From Abditibacterium sp. (lineage in GTDB: Bacteria > Armatimonadota > Abditibacteriia > Abditibacteriales > Abditibacteriaceae), in assembly GCA_965199495.1 (NCBI GenBank), contig CBDASK010000003.1, positions 4,352,001 through 4,416,000 of the forward strand: 64,000 bases of DNA. Direction: 5' to 3'. This document shows, one piece after another, positions 60,484 through 64,000 of the stretch (positions are counted from its first letter, which is position 1; every line of letters starts with the position of its first letter). A model generated the notes under the pieces. It was given only the letters and a program-made list of their open reading frames with translations, did not search any database and was not told the DNA's origin. Both the position numbers and the translations under genes were made by a program.

Positions 60484-61551
60484 ATGAGTTTGAGCAAACT
60501 GGATTACTGCCAATATCTTCTGAGCAGCCCGGTCAATTACACCTTGACTAACATGGCCGCTCATGTGGAAGAGCTGTCCCATGACCGTCTCAACCGCTAC
60601 CTGCGCGGGGAGAAGCTCACCCCGCGTTTGTTGTGGGAGAACGTGCGCGAAGTTTACCAGCCGTGCGCGAGTGGGTTTATCGTGTTCGACGACACGGTGT
60701 TGGACAAGAGCTTTGGCCCCTCTATCGAGACCACGCGCAGACAATGGAGCGGCAACGCTCATGGTATCGTGCGCGGTATCGGTCTGGTCTCGTGCCTCTA
60801 TGTCCATCCCGAAACCGAGCAGTTTTGGGTCATTGACTACCGCATCTTCGACCCCGATGGCGACGGCAAAAGCAAGCTCGACCATGTCGAAGAGATGCTG
60901 CAAAGCATCAAGGCGCGGGCAATTCCGTTTCAAACCGTGCTGATGGACTCGTGGTATGCCACCAAACACCTGATGTGGACAATCGAGAACTGGCACCAAA
61001 ACACCCAACAGGAGGACAGTGCCGGTGCCGGTGCCGGTGCCGGTGCCGACAAGAAGCTGTTCTACTGTCCGCTCAAAAGCAACCGCAAAGTCGATGATAG
61101 CTTTGGTGAGCGACCTTACCGCGCGGTGAGTGAGTTGGAGTGGAGCGAAGCAGAGTTACAAACGGGCAAAAAGATCAAGGTTTATGGGTTTGCTAAAGAG
61201 TTCAAGGTGCAACTGTTCCGGGTGCCGGTTTCTTCCAGCCGCACGGACTACGTCGTGACCAACGACTTGTCTCAGGATTCCACGCAAGAGACACGAAAGG
61301 TGTGTGCCGTGCGCTGGAAGATTGAGCAGTATCACCGAGAAATCAAGCAACTCACAGGCATCGAGAGCTGCCAATGCCGCAAAGCTCGCATTCAGCGTAA
61401 CCACGTCCACTGCGCGCTTTTGGTCTGGACACGATTGACCGCCATTGCTCACCGCAATCTCACAAACGTCTACCAACTCAAGCACGGCTTGCTGCGAGAC
61501 TACCTCGTTCAACAACTCAAAAGACCTACCATCAACTTGGCTTCTGCGTAA
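60484..61551 (+). CDS. IS701-family DDE transposase
   Basis: YCQYLL, SHDRLNRYL, FDDTVLDK, LMDSWY, RWKIEQYHREIKQ..QCRKARIQRNH. Confidence 0.88.
   Translation: MSLSKLDYCQYLLSSPVNYTLTNMAAHVEELSHDRLNRYLRGEKLTPRLLWENVREVYQPCASGFIVFDDTVLDKSFGPSIETTRRQWSGNAHGIVRGIGLVSCLYVHPETEQFWVIDYRIFDPDGDGKSKLDHVEEMLQSIKARAIPFQTVLMDSWYATKHLMWTIENWHQNTQQEDSAGAGAGAGADKKLFYCPLKSNRKVDDSFGERPYRAVSELEWSEAELQTGKKIKVYGFAKEFKVQLFRVPVSSSRTDYVVTNDLSQDSTQETRKVCAVRWKIEQYHREIKQLTGIESCQCRKARIQRNHVHCALLVWTRLTAIAHRNLTNVYQLKHGLLRDYLVQQLKRPTINLASA
61021..61047 (+). repeat. In-frame hexamer tandem repeat (GCCGGT)4.5 in the transposase
   Basis: Encodes AGAGAGAGA. Confidence 0.9.
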
Positions 61552-61557
61552 GTCCTA

Positions 61558-63453
61558 ATGGTTATATTCCCCAAACAATTGCTCCGCACAAACCATTATC
61601 TCAACTTAATTTTGGTTGTGGTCGCGAGTCTGTTGGCACACAGCAGCCACGCCGCCGATGACGTGATGATCGGCGATTTTGAAGGCCCAAATTACGGCAA
61701 TTGGACAACGCAAGGCACGGCGTTTGGCGATGGCCCCGCGCGGGGCGCGCGGGCCGCGCACTTAGAAATTCGCGGGCAACGCGGCAATGGAGCGGCCAGC
61801 AGCGAATTAGACGGCGACGCGCCGATGGGAACTTTGACTTCGCCGCTCTTCCAAATTGAACGGCACTATATTTCTTTTGTGATTGGCGGCGGTGGCTACG
61901 AGCATGACACCTGCTTGAATTTGCTCGTCGGCGGGCGCATCGTCAAAAGTGCGACTGGTTTTTTCAGCGACAATCTCCAGCCGATGAGTTGGGATGTCAG
62001 TTCGCTAATGGGACAACGCGCGCAAATTCAAGTCGTGGATCGGGCCAGTGGCCAATGGGGACATATCAACGTGGATAACATCAAACAAACCGACGCACCA
62101 GAGCGCCTGCCCGTCGTGACACAGCCACTCTATGGAGAGACGTTTCGCCCGCAGTTTCATTTTACCGCGCGCCAGTGGACAGTTGACCGGCTCAATCCCG
62201 CGCGCCGCCAAGAAGGTTGGCTCAACGATTTGAACGGGTTGGTCTATTACGATGGCGAATATCATCTTTTCGCGCAGCGTTGGAACAAATGCTGGATTCA
62301 TGCGGTGAGCCGCGACTTAGTTCACTGGACGGAATTGCAACCTGCGTTTTGGGAAGAAGAGTTGGATAGCGGCGTGCAATCGGGCAGTTGCGTGATAGAT
62401 TACGGCAACACGTCGGGGCTTTCGCCCGACAAGAACAATCCGCCGATGGTGGCGTTTTGGTCGCGCAACGATAACCGCAGCCAGTGCCTTTCGTATAGCC
62501 TCGATTACGGGCAGACTTGGACGCATTACGCCAAAAATCCCGTTCTGCTCAAGCCGGAACGCGACCCGAAAGTCTTTCGCTACGAGCCATCGGGCGAATG
62601 GGTAATGATCATGTATGGCGAGGGCCAATATCATGTGCTGACTTCCAAGAATTTGCTGGATTGGACGGATGAAAAGAAGCCCATCGGCCACAGTTTTGAG
62701 TGCCCGGATTTTTTCGAGTTGCCCATTGACGGCAACAAAGCCAACAGCAAATGGGTCTTGGTGCGCGCGGACGGCAAATACACGCTCGGAACTTTCGATG
62801 GAACCCAGTTCAACGAGGAAACCCCGCAATACACCTCGGATGTCGGCCCCAACTTTTACGCGACACAGACGTGGGACAACACCGACAAAATTGACGGACG
62901 CCGCATTCAAGTCGCCTGGATGCGCGAAGGCATCTACCCCGAAATGCCCTTCAATCAGCAGGTGACTTTTCCGTGCCAACTGACATTGCGCACGACCGCC
63001 AACGGCCCGCGCTTGTTCCGCGAACCGATCCCGGAAATCGCGGAGCTTCACCAAGGCGAGGACAAATGGGCGAACCGCACGCTTCAGGCGGGCCAAACGT
63101 TGGACTTGAAACCCGTTGGCGATTTGTTCCACATCAAAATGCAAGTCAGCATTCCGGCGGGAACGACGCTCACGCTCAACGTTCGCGGTGTCCCCTTAGA
63201 AATGACGCATGACAGCCTCGCCAATGGCAGCGCACCAGCGACCGTTGCGGGCGAACTGCAAACCGTCGAAATACTGATTGATCGCACGTCTATCGAGGCG
63301 TTTGGAAACGCGGGCGAAGTTTCGACATCGCGCTGCTTTTTGCCGGGCGACAGCGGCTTGTCGTTGACAGCGAATGGCGGCCCGGCGACGGTTCGGTCTT
63401 TGTCCGTTTTCCGGTTGAAATCGATTTGGAATCCTCGTGTTGCCAAGCCTTAA
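61558..63453 (+). CDS. GH32 beta-fructosidase/levanase with N-terminal accessory domain
   Basis: RPQFHF, WLNDLNG (nucleophile), QSGS, ERDPKV, FECPD, FYATQTW, IDRTSIE; signal peptide. Confidence 0.92.
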   Translation: MVIFPKQLLRTNHYLNLILVVVASLLAHSSHAADDVMIGDFEGPNYGNWTTQGTAFGDGPARGARAAHLEIRGQRGNGAASSELDGDAPMGTLTSPLFQIERHYISFVIGGGGYEHDTCLNLLVGGRIVKSATGFFSDNLQPMSWDVSSLMGQRAQIQVVDRASGQWGHINVDNIKQTDAPERLPVVTQPLYGETFRPQFHFTARQWTVDRLNPARRQEGWLNDLNGLVYYDGEYHLFAQRWNKCWIHAVSRDLVHWTELQPAFWEEELDSGVQSGSCVIDYGNTSGLSPDKNNPPMVAFWSRNDNRSQCLSYSLDYGQTWTHYAKNPVLLKPERDPKVFRYEPSGEWVMIMYGEGQYHVLTSKNLLDWTDEKKPIGHSFECPDFFELPIDGNKANSKWVLVRADGKYTLGTFDGTQFNEETPQYTSDVGPNFYATQTWDNTDKIDGRRIQVAWMREGIYPEMPFNQQVTFPCQLTLRTTANGPRLFREPIPEIAELHQGEDKWANRTLQAGQTLDLKPVGDLFHIKMQVSIPAGTTLTLNVRGVPLEMTHDSLANGSAPATVAGELQTVEILIDRTSIEAFGNAGEVSTSRCFLPGDSGLSLTANGGPATVRSLSVFRLKSIWNPRVAKP

Positions 63454-63459
63454 AGAAAT

Positions 63460-64000
63460 ATGGGACGAATTATCGAAGGTAGCGCACCGGAATTACGCAT
63501 GGCGTGGGGCAGTCACAATGTTTGGAAGGCCGGGCAGGAACACGAAGGGCCAGTCCACGCCCACACGATTTGGTTGCTGCTTTATGGCCACGCGCAGGTC
63601 AGCGATGGCGCGCAGACATGGGACGTGTTGCCCGGCCATATTTTGCTGTGGCCTTTCGATAAGCATCGCCATATTCGTGCGTTGAGCGATTCGGCGTGGC
63701 TCTCGATTGGAATCGCGCCTAACGCGCCGGGGCAAACTGATATTCTGCGGCTTTTGCCGTTGCCCGCCACCCATTTGTTGGAAGATGACGAAAATCGTCT
63801 GCTTCGCTCATGGTTCAGTCAGATCGTTGAACTGCGAGAAGCGCAGTCGCTGGCTTTGTTGATGGACTCGCCCCATTATGGCAATCAAGACATCACGCAA
63901 ATCCTCGGCGTGCGCCATGACATCGTCTCGCAGCGCCCGCACGAAATATGGATGGAACACGTCGTCGCCGAGCGCGCTTCTTTTTATGACATCGTCGAGC
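63460..64000 (+). CDS. Partial ORF with cupin-like N-terminus, probably an AraC-family regulator (runs off the window)
   Basis: Open frame from ATG 63460 to the window end: HAHTIWLLLYGHAQVSDG..WDVLPGHILLWP..HRHI. The HTH is not visible. Confidence 0.6.
   Translation, partial: MGRIIEGSAPELRMAWGSHNVWKAGQEHEGPVHAHTIWLLLYGHAQVSDGAQTWDVLPGHILLWPFDKHRHIRALSDSAWLSIGIAPNAPGQTDILRLLPLPATHLLEDDENRLLRSWFSQIVELREAQSLALLMDSPHYGNQDITQILGVRHDIVSQRPHEIWMEHVVAERASFYDIVE

Larger units (their letters stand above)
60446..61557 (+). mobile_element. IS701-family insertion sequence, 1112 bp
   Basis: Perfect 14-bp inverted repeat TAGGACTTACGCAG; 5-bp target duplication ATGGT (60441-60445, 61558-61562). Confidence 0.88.

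Noticed and set aside
121..61651. CAGCCACG as a Chi or KOPS site
   Set aside because: The strand split of 25:18 shows little polarity in this window; not fully excluded without genome context.
1..64000. Many long antisense or overlapping ORFs (for example 4979-6166, 23344-24636, 28320-29579, 33979-35265, 44903-46108, 57904-59085)
   Set aside because: They are shadow frames of GC-rich genes, Arg/Ala-rich with no recognisable motifs, and overlap well-supported CDSs.
1..64000. CRISPR array, rRNA, tRNA or riboswitch
   Set aside because: No regularly spaced direct repeats or cas genes were seen and the hairpins are isolated inverted repeats. No RNA gene was recognised by eye; an Infernal/Rfam scan would be needed to exclude small RNAs.

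Overview
A GC-rich (about 58-60% by eye) bacterial region devoted almost entirely to glycan degradation. The DUF1559 signature [16 protein letters not shown] and the LacI/CAZyme repertoire suggest Abditibacteriota/Armatimonadota (inference). It encodes about 16 mostly secreted glycoside hydrolases (3x GH92, GH3, GH106, 2x GH78, 3x GH2, 2x GH28, GH27, GH115, GH32, and a nonsense-interrupted GH67), two LacI and one or two AraC regulators, a sugar isomerase, a PhyH-type dioxygenase, a class A acid phosphatase and a nitronate monooxygenase. There are also two intact IS elements (IS481 and IS701 families) with target duplications, several REP/REPIN-like hairpins and several gene relics. No TonB-dependent, SusC/D, ABC or MFS transporter is recognisable. 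Instead, three pilin-like DUF1559 (H-X9-DG) genes each sit behind a candidate operator or promoter shared with catabolic genes, suggesting a pilin-based glycan capture/uptake system. Other main observations: the octamer CAGCCACG/CGTGGCTG occurs at least 43 times (roughly 10x expected, a DNA-uptake-sequence-like density); one GH92 paralog has Gln at the predicted general-acid Glu position; and a duplicated promoter links an AraC/PhyH/DUF1559/isomerase module. No rRNA, tRNA or CRISPR array was seen.
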